DNA of 64,000 nt from an uncultured Desulfobacula sp. (GCA_964343845.1 CAYFKW010000016.1:19718-83717); one strand, 5' to 3'. Positions 8,716 to 19,546 are shown, counted from the stretch's first letter. Notes: generated from the sequence alone by a model not told the origin. Program-made: numbers and translations.

Positions 8716-9927
8716 TTAAAATTTATCAAAGAAAATCATATCGTCTTCAACGCCAAGGTCATAGAGCGCCTCGATAATGGCATTGATCATTGGGGGCGGT
8801 CCGCAGAGATAGTATTCTATTTCAGTCGGATCTTCACATTTACAGAGGTAGGAATCGCAGAGATGGGTGTGAATAAACCCTGTGAGACCTGTCCAGTTAT
8901 CATCTTCTTCAGGATTTGACAGCGCAATAAAATAACTGAAATTGTCATGCTTTTTATCAAGCGCTTTGAATTCATCATCGTAAAACATCTCTTTTCTGGA
9001 TCGTGCACCATACCAGAAAGAGATTCTGCGTTTTGAATGCACCCCTTCCAGTTGATGAAGAATGTGGCTTCTCAAGGGTGCCATTCCAGCACCGCCTCCG
9101 ATAAACACCATCTCATTGTCTGTATCCCTGGCCATAAAATCACCATATGGTCCGCTGACAGTGACGGTATCCCCGGGTTTCAATCCAAAGACATATGAAG
9201 AGCCAAATCCAGGGGGTATCCCCTCTGTCCCAGGGGGCGGTGTTGCAATTCTCACGTTCATTATCATGGTATCATTGTCATGCGGGGGATTGGCGAGTGA
9301 ATAGGCACGAAATCCTGGTTTGATTCCTTTTGATGTGAGTTCCAGTAAATTGTATTTTTTCCACTCGCTGACAAATTTACTTTCAATATGAAAGTCTTTA
9401 AATGTCAGAATATACTCAGGCACGTCAATCTGGATATAAGCTCCTGCTTTAAATTCCATAGGCGTTTCAGGCTTAATCACTAGCTCTTTAATAAAGGTGG
9501 CCACATTATGGTTGGAGATAACAGTTGCTTTTACTTTTTTAATACCAAAAATGGATTCAGGAATTTCAATTTCAAGGTCATTTTTTACCTTTAACTGGCA
9601 GGCCAATCGTTTGTTTGCCAGTTTGTCCTTACGGCTCAGGTGAGCAAGTTCTGTGGGCAGGATACTTCCACCGCCTTCCACTACCTGGCATTTACACATA
9701 CCGCAGGATCCGGACCCGCCACAAGCGGACGGCAGAAAAATATCTTTTTGTGATAAAGCTGATAAAAGCGAAGGGTTCCCTGAGATTTTCAGTTTTTCAT
9801 CTGTTTTATGATTGATGGTGATTTCAAAGTCACCTTTTGTGGTGACCATAGATTCGACAAAAAGCAGCACAGTAACAAGGATCAGAATCACACCGGAAAA
9901 AATCAATATGCTCAAAATATACAGCAA
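8716..9927 (-). CDS. nqrF: Na+-translocating NADH:quinone oxidoreductase subunit F
   Basis: N-terminal TM, [2Fe-2S] motif SACGGSGSCGMCKC...RLACQ, RAYSLAN, GGGAGMAP, YYLCGPPPM, FDKF; GGAGG upstream of TTG. Confidence 0.95.
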   Translation of the reverse strand: MLYILSILIFSGVILILVTVLLFVESMVTTKGDFEITINHKTDEKLKISGNPSLLSALSQKDIFLPSACGGSGSCGMCKCQVVEGGGSILPTELAHLSRKDKLANKRLACQLKVKNDLEIEIPESIFGIKKVKATVISNHNVATFIKELVIKPETPMEFKAGAYIQIDVPEYILTFKDFHIESKFVSEWKKYNLLELTSKGIKPGFRAYSLANPPHDNDTMIMNVRIATPPPGTEGIPPGFGSSYVFGLKPGDTVTVSGPYGDFMARDTDNEMVFIGGGAGMAPLRSHILHQLEGVHSKRRISFWYGARSRKEMFYDDEFKALDKKHDNFSYFIALSNPEEDDNWTGLTGFIHTHLCDSYLCKCEDPTEIEYYLCGPPPMINAIIEALYDLGVEDDMIFFDKF

Positions 9928-9942
9928 GTCGTGATCCTCCTT

Positions 9943-10551
9943 TTAAAGTGTGATACCTGAAAACATCATAAAGGTCATTGCCATCAGTCCTGCAATAATC
10001 ATGGTTATCCCAAATCCCTGGAGCCCTTCAGGAACATCTGAATATTTTACTTTCTTTCTTATGGCTGCCATGGAAACAATGGCCAGCATCCAGCCAGTTC
10101 CGGAGCCTGCACCAAATACAATGGATTCTATAAAGGTGTAATTTCTTTCCACCATGAATAAAGAAGTACCAAGGATGGCACAATTGACAGCAATTAAAGG
10201 CAGGAACACACCCAACGTTGTGTAAAGCAGGGGAGAATATTTGTCAATGATCATTTCAACAGCCTGGACAAAGGCGGCAATAACAGCAATAAAGGTTATG
10301 AATTTTAAAAAACTTAGATCAAGCTGAGGGTATCCGGCCCAGGATAATGCGCCCGGTGCCAGGAGTCCATGATAAATCATCCAGTTTATCGGGCTCGTCA
10401 GCGTTAAAACGAAAATGACAGCAAAGCCTAGCCCGGTAGCGGTTTCAACATTTTTTGAAACCGCAATAAATGAACACATTCCCAGAAAGTAGGCAAGCAG
10501 AATATTTCCAATAAAAACGGAATTTATGAATAAGCTTAACAGATCGCCCAT
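9943..10551 (-). CDS. nqrE: Nqr subunit E
   Basis: [23 protein letters not shown]; six TM segments; position in operon. Confidence 0.93.
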   Translation of the reverse strand: MGDLLSLFINSVFIGNILLAYFLGMCSFIAVSKNVETATGLGFAVIFVLTLTSPINWMIYHGLLAPGALSWAGYPQLDLSFLKFITFIAVIAAFVQAVEMIIDKYSPLLYTTLGVFLPLIAVNCAILGTSLFMVERNYTFIESIVFGAGSGTGWMLAIVSMAAIRKKVKYSDVPEGLQGFGITMIIAGLMAMTFMMFSGITL

Positions 10552-10560
10552 GACGATGTC

Positions 10561-11193
10561 CTACCTTTCTTCCTTTGATATGCCCGGCAGGCTGTTTTTC
10601 AACCACACCAGCAACCCGATAATAAAGAAAGCACCCGGTGCCAGAACCATCAGTCCCATGTTCTGGTACCCAGCGTCAACAAGGAACTGGGGGATGATGT
10701 TAACCCCCAGAATTTTGCCTGATCCCAGCAATTCTCTTAAAAAGGCAACAGATATCAATATCAGGCTGTATCCAAGACCGTTTCCAATTCCGTCAAAGAA
10801 TGAATCCAATGGTTTATTGGCCAATGCAAATGCTTCGGCCCGGCCCAGAACAATACAATTGGTAATGATTAAGCCGACAAAAATAGACAATTGTTTAGAG
10901 ATATCATAGAAAAACGCTTTTAAAATTTGATCTGTGACAATAACAAGAGATGCAATGACCGCAAGCTCTGCAATAATTCTGATATTAGATGGAATCTGTT
11001 TTCTGAGGCTTGATATGATCAGGCTTGAAAATGCAGTAACTGTTGTCAGGGCAATCCCCATGACAATAGCAGTTGACATTTTTACCGTCACAGCAAGGGC
11101 AGAACAAATCCCCAAAACCTGGTAGGCAACAGGATTTTCCTTCCAGATACCCTTGGTTAGGATTTTCAAATAATTTGCTTTTTCATCTGACAT
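10561..11193 (-). CDS. nqrD: Nqr subunit D
   Basis: [41 protein letters not shown]. Confidence 0.93.
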   Translation of the reverse strand: MSDEKANYLKILTKGIWKENPVAYQVLGICSALAVTVKMSTAIVMGIALTTVTAFSSLIISSLRKQIPSNIRIIAELAVIASLVIVTDQILKAFFYDISKQLSIFVGLIITNCIVLGRAEAFALANKPLDSFFDGIGNGLGYSLILISVAFLRELLGSGKILGVNIIPQFLVDAGYQNMGLMVLAPGAFFIIGLLVWLKNSLPGISKEER

Positions 11194-11215
11194 TTATATA
11201 ATCCTTTTATGCCGG

Positions 11216-11929
11216 CTATTTAGTCGTATTTATCTGTTTCTGCCTGAAACTAATGGATACTGAATCATACATTATCAGGGTCTCTTTTATGCCTTGGGAA
11301 AGGTATTGGCCTGTCAGGGTCGCCCCTGAGATACCATCGACATAATGATCTTGCAGATCCTTAGGTAAGTTTTTGACCTTGCCTTTTGCTATCCCGACAG
11401 AGACAAATTCATTATTAGAATTTAGAATTTTCTTCCCTTTAAAGTTTTTTTGAAACCAGGCACTTTCAATTTCACCACCAAGACCAGGGGTTTCTGAATG
11501 ATTGAAAACTGAAAAACCTGAAACTGTCTGCCCGTCAGTCTCAAACGCCAGGTAACCGTGTATTTTCCCCCATAACCCCCTGGTATTGAAAGGGAGGATG
11601 TACCCTTTTATGGTACCGTCTTCCTGATAGAAGTATAAATTCAAAGCATCCGGAGTCCAGGTGTCTATAATTTTTCCGGAGCTGTCTACGGTCACTTCTT
11701 TAATGTGTGTATTATACAAGGCATCAATGTTCTGCCTGGAGGGTTTTTTCCCCTGGATTAAATCAGCTGCTTTAAGGATATTGATTTTTTTATCAAGTTC
11801 CATGTTGGCAGTCTGAAACCCCTTTAGTCCAACCGCGGCAGCAGTAATTAACAGGCTGCAGATAACAGACAGTATTATGGCAAAAAGAATAACTTTCAGT
11901 TTGCTGTATATCGTGTTGTTATCAGACAT
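11216..11929 (-). CDS. nqrC: Nqr subunit C
   Basis: N-terminal TM, GLWGKI, HSETPGLGGEI and flavinylation motif DGISGATLT. Confidence 0.92.
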   Translation of the reverse strand: MSDNNTIYSKLKVILFAIILSVICSLLITAAAVGLKGFQTANMELDKKINILKAADLIQGKKPSRQNIDALYNTHIKEVTVDSSGKIIDTWTPDALNLYFYQEDGTIKGYILPFNTRGLWGKIHGYLAFETDGQTVSGFSVFNHSETPGLGGEIESAWFQKNFKGKKILNSNNEFVSVGIAKGKVKNLPKDLQDHYVDGISGATLTGQYLSQGIKETLIMYDSVSISFRQKQINTTK

Positions 11930-13085
11930 TGGGAATCCTTTTTGATAGTGTAACCTTTAATACTATATGATCCAGTAAAGGGGCAAAAACATTCATGAAG
12001 AGGATGGCAAGCATTGCACCTTCAACAAATGCGGGATTGGCCACCCTGATGGTAATTGTTAAAAATCCAATCAAGAAACCAAATATCCATCTGCCAATGT
12101 TTGTTCCCGGCGAACTGACCGGATCTGTGGCCATAAATGATATGCCAAATAGAAACCCGCCCGAACATAAATGATATAAAGGGCCGGCATTTGACCAGGA
12201 GTTGCTGCCCCCTGGAATCATGTAAAACAGGATAGATGTAAAAATGAGTCCAAAAATACCGCCTGCAATAACTCTAAAATTTGCGATTCTTGTGATGATA
12301 AGAAATACAGCGCCAATGATGCAGCATAATGCAGATGTCTCCCCTATACTGCCCGGTACAAACCCAAAAAAAAGTTTGGAAAGGGTAAATCCTGAGTTTG
12401 AAAGAGCGGTTGTTATTTTTTCACCCTCCGGTGCCATGATAGACAGCGCAGTTGCACCGCTGACACCATCAACAGCGTTGTTTCCAGCAACCCAGACATC
12501 ACCTGACATGGATACAGGGTATGAAAAGAACAAAAAAGCTCTTCCTGTCAGTGCGGGATTTAAAATATTTCTGCCTGTCCCGCCAAATACTTCTTTCCCT
12601 ATGACGATTCCGAATGAAAATCCTAACGCCACCTGCCATAAAGAAATAGTAGCCGGGAGGGTCAGGGGAAACAAAAGACCTGAAACCAGAAGCCCTTCAC
12701 TGATGTTGTGTTTCCTTACCGATGCAAAAAGCGTCTCCCAAAAAAAACCCACAGTATAGGTTACCAGTATCATTGGCAGGACAACGCCTGCACCTGCAGT
12801 GAAAGATTGAATAAGTGTATATGTCCGGCCCGCTGCCAGTCCAGCCTGAAACCCGGTATTGTACATACCAAAAAACAAGACAGGTAAAAGTGAGATGATG
12901 ACAAAGCTCATATAGCGTTTAACATCCAGATTGTCCCTGACAAATGGCGTTTGGGTGTTCCTTGGTGATGGGACGAAAAAAACTGTTTTTATGGCATCAT
13001 AAAGCGGCTCGATGGATTTAAACTTTCCTGACCCTGTAAAATGTTTATCACCTATGTCAAATATTTTCTTTATAGGATTCATCAT
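11922..13085 (-). CDS. nqrB: Nqr subunit B
   Basis: GKEVFGGTGRNILNPAL, flavinylation motif DGVSGAT, GSIGETS, FMATDPVS, EGAMLAILFMNVFAPLLD. Confidence 0.93.
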   Translation of the reverse strand: MMNPIKKIFDIGDKHFTGSGKFKSIEPLYDAIKTVFFVPSPRNTQTPFVRDNLDVKRYMSFVIISLLPVLFFGMYNTGFQAGLAAGRTYTLIQSFTAGAGVVLPMILVTYTVGFFWETLFASVRKHNISEGLLVSGLLFPLTLPATISLWQVALGFSFGIVIGKEVFGGTGRNILNPALTGRAFLFFSYPVSMSGDVWVAGNNAVDGVSGATALSIMAPEGEKITTALSNSGFTLSKLFFGFVPGSIGETSALCCIIGAVFLIITRIANFRVIAGGIFGLIFTSILFYMIPGGSNSWSNAGPLYHLCSGGFLFGISFMATDPVSSPGTNIGRWIFGFLIGFLTITIRVANPAFVEGAMLAILFMNVFAPLLDHIVLKVTLSKRIPNV

Positions 13086-14414
13086 CTATTCTTTGTCCTT
13101 GTAATACAAATCCATTCCATCACTTAATAGTTTTGTCAGTTCAATTTTTGAGGGGCATGTATAAGAGCAGAGACCGCATCTGATACAATCCAGGAGACCA
13201 TAATCTAAAGCGTCCTCAATGTCATCACTATGTAACGCTTTCATAATAAAATTGGGGGTAAGGTCAACCGGGCAGATCTTAATGCAATAGCCGCAATTGA
13301 TGCAGGCTCTTTCTTCTCCATGAAGATTGCAGTCAAGATCTTTTGGGGTGCGGGTCAGGCAGGAAAAGAAAGATTTTGACACGGTTGTTTTTTTAAATCC
13401 AGGCTGGAGAAAGGCACACATTTCCTTATCTTGATTATCTCTGATAATATTCAATGTGGTTTCGAAAAATCCAATGTGCGATTGAGGCTCAACCGCCCTG
13501 CCATTGAAGTACCCTGTAGTAATAAGATGCCGGCCGTTTATGTTTCCGACAAGATCTTTGATAGAAACCCCCTGCCTGGAAATAATATGCGGCTTTTTAT
13601 CGGATGATTTTATAACAGTAAAAATCCTGCTCACCGGGTATTTGCCAGAGAGTAAAAATTTTGCCACCAAAATCAGATGCTCTGCTGATATGGTCCAGGA
13701 TCGATTTTCTTTCTGGCTGGTTTTTAAATGGTACAAAACAGCACCAGGATCCCAGGCCGGGTAGAAATCAGGCACGGTATGGGTGATATGACGCCTGAGA
13801 CCATTGAGTCTTTCAATACTGCTTTTTCTTGAAGTCACAACGATACGGTTTGAAAATTTTTTTAACACCTTTAATCCGAATTCAAAATTCTGGATGTTAT
13901 CTTTAAGAACAATCTGCGGATGTGGTGAATAAAGATCATTTCCGTTTAAGGAGACAATGATAAGCGGGGGGGCAAGCGATTCATCTGCTGTGTCTTTTGA
14001 GGGAAATTGTCTGAAACACTGCCACAGACCACCTTCCTGAAGTAATTTGATGAGGGTTGATTTGGGTGTTGATTCAAGGGCGTTGCGTGGTATCGCCTCA
14101 AACTGAATAAACTCATCAGGTGTCTGCAAACGGATAATCACTTCTTTCAGCCGTCTTCTCTCTCCAAAAACAATTTGTTGAACTGTGCCAGTTCCAGGAG
14201 AAACGTAATGAATACTTTTGTTTCGTTTATCACAAAAAAGAGGTGTCCCCGTTTTAACCAAATCGTTTTCTTTAACCAGAAGTTTTGGTCGGATATAGGG
14301 GATGTCCATGGCAGATACGGCAATCGTTCTGGGTGTCAATAGTTGAATTACACTCATATCCGGCATTCCGGAAAGTGGTGTCTTAAATCCTTTTTGGAGT
14401 GCGATGTGTTCCAT
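13086..14414 (-). CDS. nqrA: Nqr subunit A with intact C-terminal 2x[4Fe-4S] domain
   Basis: NqrA-like N-terminus (PKLLVKENDLVKTGTPLFCDK, SPGTG, RRLKEV). C-terminus has CINCGYCIKICP and CIRCGLCSYTCP. Confidence 0.88.
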   Translation of the reverse strand: MEHIALQKGFKTPLSGMPDMSVIQLLTPRTIAVSAMDIPYIRPKLLVKENDLVKTGTPLFCDKRNKSIHYVSPGTGTVQQIVFGERRRLKEVIIRLQTPDEFIQFEAIPRNALESTPKSTLIKLLQEGGLWQCFRQFPSKDTADESLAPPLIIVSLNGNDLYSPHPQIVLKDNIQNFEFGLKVLKKFSNRIVVTSRKSSIERLNGLRRHITHTVPDFYPAWDPGAVLYHLKTSQKENRSWTISAEHLILVAKFLLSGKYPVSRIFTVIKSSDKKPHIISRQGVSIKDLVGNINGRHLITTGYFNGRAVEPQSHIGFFETTLNIIRDNQDKEMCAFLQPGFKKTTVSKSFFSCLTRTPKDLDCNLHGEERACINCGYCIKICPVDLTPNFIMKALHSDDIEDALDYGLLDCIRCGLCSYTCPSKIELTKLLSDGMDLYYKDKE

Positions 14415-14684
14415 AAAATAGAAGTTTAAAACCAGTACATTTAAATCAAGTAAACCGTTTTATCATTGTTATATTTTTTGTAATGCCAGGATCTAAAATA
14501 TCATAAAAGGCTTTGGGGTTCAATGAATTGGTCTTATTAAGATAGACATTGGAAAAATCTATGTTTTCCCGCATTCGTATTAAGTAAATCAATTTGATTC
14601 TATCCTGTTTTTTTACTAGTATGATGCAAAAAGAAAAGGGGATATAGTTGTTTTTTTTATAGGGATACAAAAAGATATGGTTTT

Positions 14685-15161
14685 ATGAAATTTTTGTTTT
14701 CATCAAAAAAAATATACACGATTGCAAGGGTCATCCTTGGGCTTATTTTTGCCGGATCCGGCCTTATAAAGATAAGTGACCTTATGTATTTTTCAAAAGT
14801 GATTGAAGCCTTTGCGATTTTACCTGAAGCGTATTCTTATCCACTAGCAGTAATGATCTCAGCAGCAGAACTTTTTTTCGGGATCGGGATAATTGTCGAT
14901 ATCAGAGGAAGCCTTGGTGCGGTAAGCCTTATGCTCTTGATGTTTCTGGCAGTCCTGTGCTGGGCCATTTATATGGGATATGATATTGATTGCGGCTGCT
15001 TTGGGCCGGAAGATCCCGAATCAGATGTCTTTCCTGGTTTAAAAGGATCTCTGTTCAGGGATATTTGTTTCATATTACAGGCATTGTATCTCTATCTCTG
15101 GCGTTATCATAATGATTATCGTCCGATATCACTAACGTTTACTAGAACAAAAAGGGGTTAA
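14685..15161 (+). CDS. MauE/DoxX-family membrane protein
   Basis: ARVILGLIF-like start, four TM segments, conserved DIDCGCFG. Confidence 0.85.
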   Translation: MKFLFSSKKIYTIARVILGLIFAGSGLIKISDLMYFSKVIEAFAILPEAYSYPLAVMISAAELFFGIGIIVDIRGSLGAVSLMLLMFLAVLCWAIYMGYDIDCGCFGPEDPESDVFPGLKGSLFRDICFILQALYLYLWRYHNDYRPISLTFTRTKRG

Positions 15162-15166
15162 CAGAA

Positions 15167-15703
15167 ATGAAGTTGGCAAAGAAATGGATCATAAGCTGTG
15201 TTGCTGTTTTAAGTGTGTTAATGTTTACTTTTCCTGTGAATGCAGGCTTTGGATCAGGCAAGTTTAAAAATGAAGTCGAAAAAGAACAGGGTGCTGTAAA
15301 GCTTGTCCGGGAGGTTTTACAAGGTGGTTATGATGTTATTACGGCAGCAGAATTAAAACAATGGCTCGACATGAAAAAAGAGATGGTTATTGTTGATACT
15401 ATGCCATATGAGGCCAGCTATAAAAAAGGTCATGTTCCAGGTGCGCTTCAGTTTTTATTCCCAATTCCGGAAATGCTGAACTGGAATTTAAAAGAAACCG
15501 ATCAAAAAACACAACAGGACTTTGAGAAATTGCTGGGCCCTGACAAGAATAAACCTGTCATTATTTATTGTGGATTTGTAAAATGCACCAGAAGCCATAA
15601 TGGCGCATTGTGGGCTAAAAAACTGGGATACAAAAATGTATATCGATTTTCAGGCGGCATATATGCCTGGAAAGGCTCTGATTATAAAATCGAGACCGAA
15701 TAA
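15167..15703 (+). CDS. Exported rhodanese-like domain protein
   Basis: Signal peptide, VIVDTMP, GHVPGA, active-site loop YCGFVKCTRS, GGIYAW. Confidence 0.88.
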   Translation: MKLAKKWIISCVAVLSVLMFTFPVNAGFGSGKFKNEVEKEQGAVKLVREVLQGGYDVITAAELKQWLDMKKEMVIVDTMPYEASYKKGHVPGALQFLFPIPEMLNWNLKETDQKTQQDFEKLLGPDKNKPVIIYCGFVKCTRSHNGALWAKKLGYKNVYRFSGGIYAWKGSDYKIETE

Positions 15704-15747
15704 CCGCATTTAAAAATCGCATTTGGTTCACTGAATCATCTTACACA

Positions 15748-15799
15748 GGGGCTGCAGCCGCAGAAATTCTTTTTGCCGGCTGCAGCCCCTTCCTTTTGA
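15748..15799 (+). terminator. Probable intrinsic terminator
   Basis: GGGGCTGCAGCCG (15748-15760) pairs with CGGCTGCAGCCCC (15777-15789), followed by TTCCTTTTG; downstream of the rhodanese gene. Confidence 0.65.
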
Positions 15800-16052
15800 T
15801 TTATATTTTTTTTCTTTGTATTGGATTTTTTTTAATACCAGCTTTATACTGTACCACTAGACTGGCATGTGTTTTTTTTATTTTGCTGAACCGAATCTGA
15901 TTGCAACGGGATAGGGTACAGCCAGACTCAGGGATTAAATAGTAGTAACACATTGAAATAATAAGGTAATAACAAACAGGCGGCTGCGATATTTTTTATA
16001 GTTAAATCGTAAGAATATGTCAGAATATCAAGACATTTTTTAAGGAGGCCTT

Positions 16053-18881
16053 TTGAAAATATCTATTCGTGGTGTTATCCTTATCGGATGTATGGTCCTT
16101 ATTTGGGGCACCCTTCTCATCACCACGCCGTTTTCCTATTTTTCAACAAAAAAGGTAATGCTCCTTCACACCATGGATATCATGGAAAATATCAGTGATC
16201 TGACAGTAAAAGAAACGCAGAATTTTTTTTCCATTGCAAGAGGTGCAGCCCATCTTACCAAACGACTCATTTCGTCGAAAGTTATCAATATTAAAAATGA
16301 ACATATTGGACAGTTAGAAAAGTATTTTTTGGACCAGCTTGAAATTTATACCCAGTTTGCCGGAATATATTTTGCCAATCCTAAAGGGGAATTCTACTAT
16401 GTAAGCCGGAATGAAACCCACACACCAGGGGGTTACCGAACAAAATTCATAGCAATATCTCCCCAGGGCCGTCAGGTGAAGCTGGGCTGGAGAGATAAGG
16501 ATTTAAACTTGGTTCATGAAAATTTAGATCCCAGTGATACATATGATCCCAGGAAAAGGCCCTGGTATAAAAAAGCGATAAAAGGCAGGCAGGTTATCTG
16601 GACAAATCCATATATTTTTTTTACATCCAAGAAACCAGGCATCACAACAGCTGGCCCAATATATGATGCCAATGATGAATTCCTCGGTGTTGTGGGTGTT
16701 GATATTGAATTGGATGTTTTGTCAAAGTTCATCGGCAGTTTAAGAGTGGGAAAAACCGGCACTGCATTCATGATTGATCAGGATAACAATGTGATTGCTT
16801 ATCCGGATCCTGAACAGCTAAAATATTCAGATCAGAAAAAAAATAAAAAGATCCGTCTTCCAAAACTTTGGGAACTGTCTAATCCTGTATGCAAATTGGC
16901 GTATGATTCTATAGAAGAAGCAAAAAGGTCAGGTAATGCACAGACGTTTAAAAACGATTCTGTCTTTGCCGCTTTTAAAGCAGATGAAAAAAAGTTTTAT
17001 ACCATGTTCACTCCGGTACAGGAGTCAAAAATATCATGGATGATCGGGGTATATATTCCAGAAAATGATTATTTTGGTAAAATTATCACGAACCGAAGAA
17101 TTAATCTGCTGCTAACTTTTTTCTTGTGTGGTGTTGCGACTGTTGTTGGACTTGTTGTCGCAAGAAACCTCATTAAACCTATTTTTGAACTCGATAAAGA
17201 AGCACAGGATATTACAAATCATATTTATGACCCCCTGCCAAAAATTAAAACAGCGTTCAAGGAAATCCAGCGTACGGCAGATACATTTTATGAAATGAAG
17301 ACAGCAGTTGTTACCTATAAAAAAGAGCTGAGAAAGAAAGAACAGATTCATCGGACAATTACGGATACGGCCAATGAAGCTATCCTGATGATTAATGCGA
17401 AAGATGAGATTTCTTACTGGAATTTTGCTGCAGAAACGATATTTGGTTATAAGAGTTCAGACGTCATAGGAAACAATATTTATGACCTTGTCCCGTTTCA
17501 GGAGAACAATCAAACAGATGAACTGTCATTATATACAGTTTTTAAAACGGCCTCGAACGATCAATTCCAGAAAAATATCGCATTGAATATTGTAAGCAGA
17601 GATGGCAGTAAATTTTATGTTGAAGTATCAATTGTAAATATTAAAATTGATCAACAGCAGCATACCATCTCCATCATTCATGACATTTCACAAAGGAAAA
17701 AACTGGAAAATGATAAAATAGCGGCCTTGAAACAGCTTCAGCAGGCCCAGAAGATGGAGGCCCTTGGCCTGATGGCAGGCGGTGTCGCCCACGATCTGAA
17801 TAATGTTCTGTCAGGAATTGTCAGTTATCCAGAGCTGCTGTTGATGGATCTGCCCAAAGACAGTCCTTTCCGACGGGCCATCCTCATGATACATGATTCC
17901 GGAAAAAAAGCAGCCTCTATTGTAGAGGATCTGCTGACCCTGGCCAGGAGAGGCGTGCCCAATGTTGACATCATCAACTTTAATGACATCATCAATAACT
18001 ATTTAAAATCGCCTGAATACAGGGCCTTGATTCATTATCACCGGAATATTTCTGTACACATCAGTCTGGCAGATGATTTGTTCAATATAACAGGGACATC
18101 GGTGCATTTAAACAAGACAGTCATGAACTTGATGTCCAATGCAGCAGAGGCAATGGCCAATGGCGGGAAAATTATGATTTCAACAAGAAATCAGTATATT
18201 GATACACCCATAAAAGGGTATAAAGAAATCAGGGAAGGTGATTTTGTTTTACTGACCATTCAAGACACCGGAACAGGCATCAGCCCTGAAGATCTTAAAA
18301 GAATTTTTGAGCCGTTTTATACAAGTAAAATTATGGGACGGAGTGGAACAGGGCTTGGTATGTCAGTTGTCTGGGGAACAGTTCAGGATCATAACGGCTA
18401 TATTGACATTGAAAGCTCTAAAGACAAAGGAACGAAATTCCTGCTCTATTTCCCTGCAACAAAAAAACAGGTTGAAGTCAAAAAAGAATCGATATCTGTT
18501 CAAGATTATACCGGCAATGGTGAATCCATATTAATTATAGATGATGTGCCGGAACAAAGAGAAATTGCAAAAGATTTGCTGACCCGATTAAATTACTCAG
18601 TCGATTCCGTATCAAGCGGTGAAGAAGCAATTGAGTATGTGAGCCATCATCAGCCAGACCTATTGCTGCTGGATATGATCATGGACCCGGGAATAGACGG
18701 CCTTAAGACCTATGTTGAGATTATAAAGATTCATCCCAGGCAAAAAGCAATTATCACCAGTGGGTTTTCAGACAACGACAGAGTAAAACAAGCCCAGAGA
18801 CTTGGGGCTGGGGAATATATTAAAAAGCCGTATTCATTCGAGAAAATAGGAATGGCTGTAAAAAAGGAGCTGATGCGATAA
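16053..18881 (+). CDS. dCache-HAMP-PAS hybrid histidine kinase/response regulator
   Basis: YDPRKRPWY and WTNPY (dCache_1), H-box AGGVAHDLNNVL, NLMSNAAEAM, DTGTG, GTGLGM and C-terminal REC; TTG after AAGGAGG. Confidence 0.93.
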   Translation: MKISIRGVILIGCMVLIWGTLLITTPFSYFSTKKVMLLHTMDIMENISDLTVKETQNFFSIARGAAHLTKRLISSKVINIKNEHIGQLEKYFLDQLEIYTQFAGIYFANPKGEFYYVSRNETHTPGGYRTKFIAISPQGRQVKLGWRDKDLNLVHENLDPSDTYDPRKRPWYKKAIKGRQVIWTNPYIFFTSKKPGITTAGPIYDANDEFLGVVGVDIELDVLSKFIGSLRVGKTGTAFMIDQDNNVIAYPDPEQLKYSDQKKNKKIRLPKLWELSNPVCKLAYDSIEEAKRSGNAQTFKNDSVFAAFKADEKKFYTMFTPVQESKISWMIGVYIPENDYFGKIITNRRINLLLTFFLCGVATVVGLVVARNLIKPIFELDKEAQDITNHIYDPLPKIKTAFKEIQRTADTFYEMKTAVVTYKKELRKKEQIHRTITDTANEAILMINAKDEISYWNFAAETIFGYKSSDVIGNNIYDLVPFQENNQTDELSLYTVFKTASNDQFQKNIALNIVSRDGSKFYVEVSIVNIKIDQQQHTISIIHDISQRKKLENDKIAALKQLQQAQKMEALGLMAGGVAHDLNNVLSGIVSYPELLLMDLPKDSPFRRAILMIHDSGKKAASIVEDLLTLARRGVPNVDIINFNDIINNYLKSPEYRALIHYHRNISVHISLADDLFNITGTSVHLNKTVMNLMSNAAEAMANGGKIMISTRNQYIDTPIKGYKEIREGDFVLLTIQDTGTGISPEDLKRIFEPFYTSKIMGRSGTGLGMSVVWGTVQDHNGYIDIESSKDKGTKFLLYFPATKKQVEVKKESISVQDYTGNGESILIIDDVPEQREIAKDLLTRLNYSVDSVSSGEEAIEYVSHHQPDLLLLDMIMDPGIDGLKTYVEIIKIHPRQKAIITSGFSDNDRVKQAQRLGAGEYIKKPYSFEKIGMAVKKELMR

Positions 18882-18902
18882 TTTGTTTTTCCTGATTGGA
18901 CA

Positions 18903-18932
18903 GATCGGCTGTACGGGAAACTCTTTCTTGCA
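18903..18932 (+). repeat. 3' fragment of the dispersed element (copy B)
   Basis: GATCGGCTGTACGGGAAACTCTTTCTTGCA resembles the 3' end of copy A. Confidence 0.5.
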
Positions 18933-19078
18933 AAGGCTAAAATTCTGCATGAAATTTTCTGTCTTTTCTTTGGAGCCTCTTGAAATATCAGGTATTTGAT
19001 CTTGATTTTCCTTTTAAGGTTTATTAAATAGAAATTTTAACCCTTGATAAAGTTTAGGTAAAAGGAAAAAGAATTATC

Positions 19079-19462
19079 ATGGATCAAGCTGTTGTAGACC
19101 AGATATCGACCCAAGAGTATTTAGACACACTTCTGCCAGTGGAAACCAGCGATCAGTTTTTTGATGCACTATATGGAGATTCAAAAGAGGGTGCATATGA
19201 TATCAGGCTTGAATTTATATCAGCAAATGATAATCGGATTGTATTGGCATTCAACCTCATCCAGAGACCGGGCAAATGCCTGGTGTGCAATTTGACCTAT
19301 GGCCTTCCCAATGTTTTTTCCCGTCACCCATTGATAAATATCAAGGGAATGATAAAGAAAATAGAAGAAACAGGCCTGAAGGTAAAGCGTTGGAGATTGG
19401 GTGACACAGAAGAACAGAGTTCTGAGTTCCATACCATCCCATTTTTTCTGGATTTAGAATAA
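19079..19462 (+). CDS. Conserved hypothetical protein with CxxC
   Basis: AAGGAAAA upstream; FFDALYGD, GAYDIRLEF, QRPGKCLVCNLTYGLP. No function assignable. Confidence 0.8.
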   Translation: MDQAVVDQISTQEYLDTLLPVETSDQFFDALYGDSKEGAYDIRLEFISANDNRIVLAFNLIQRPGKCLVCNLTYGLPNVFSRHPLINIKGMIKKIEETGLKVKRWRLGDTEEQSSEFHTIPFFLDLE

Positions 19463-19479
19463 AACATCCACTATACAAA

Positions 19480-19516
19480 CAAACGGCCGGACTTATCACA
19501 TTTGTCCAGCCGTTTG
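19480..19516. terminator. Hairpin between convergent genes, likely terminator
   Basis: CAAACGGCCGGAC ... GTCCAGCCGTTTG, one mismatch. Confidence 0.55.
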
Positions 19517-19546
19517 ATATTCAATAATCAAGTATGTTTAAAAATT

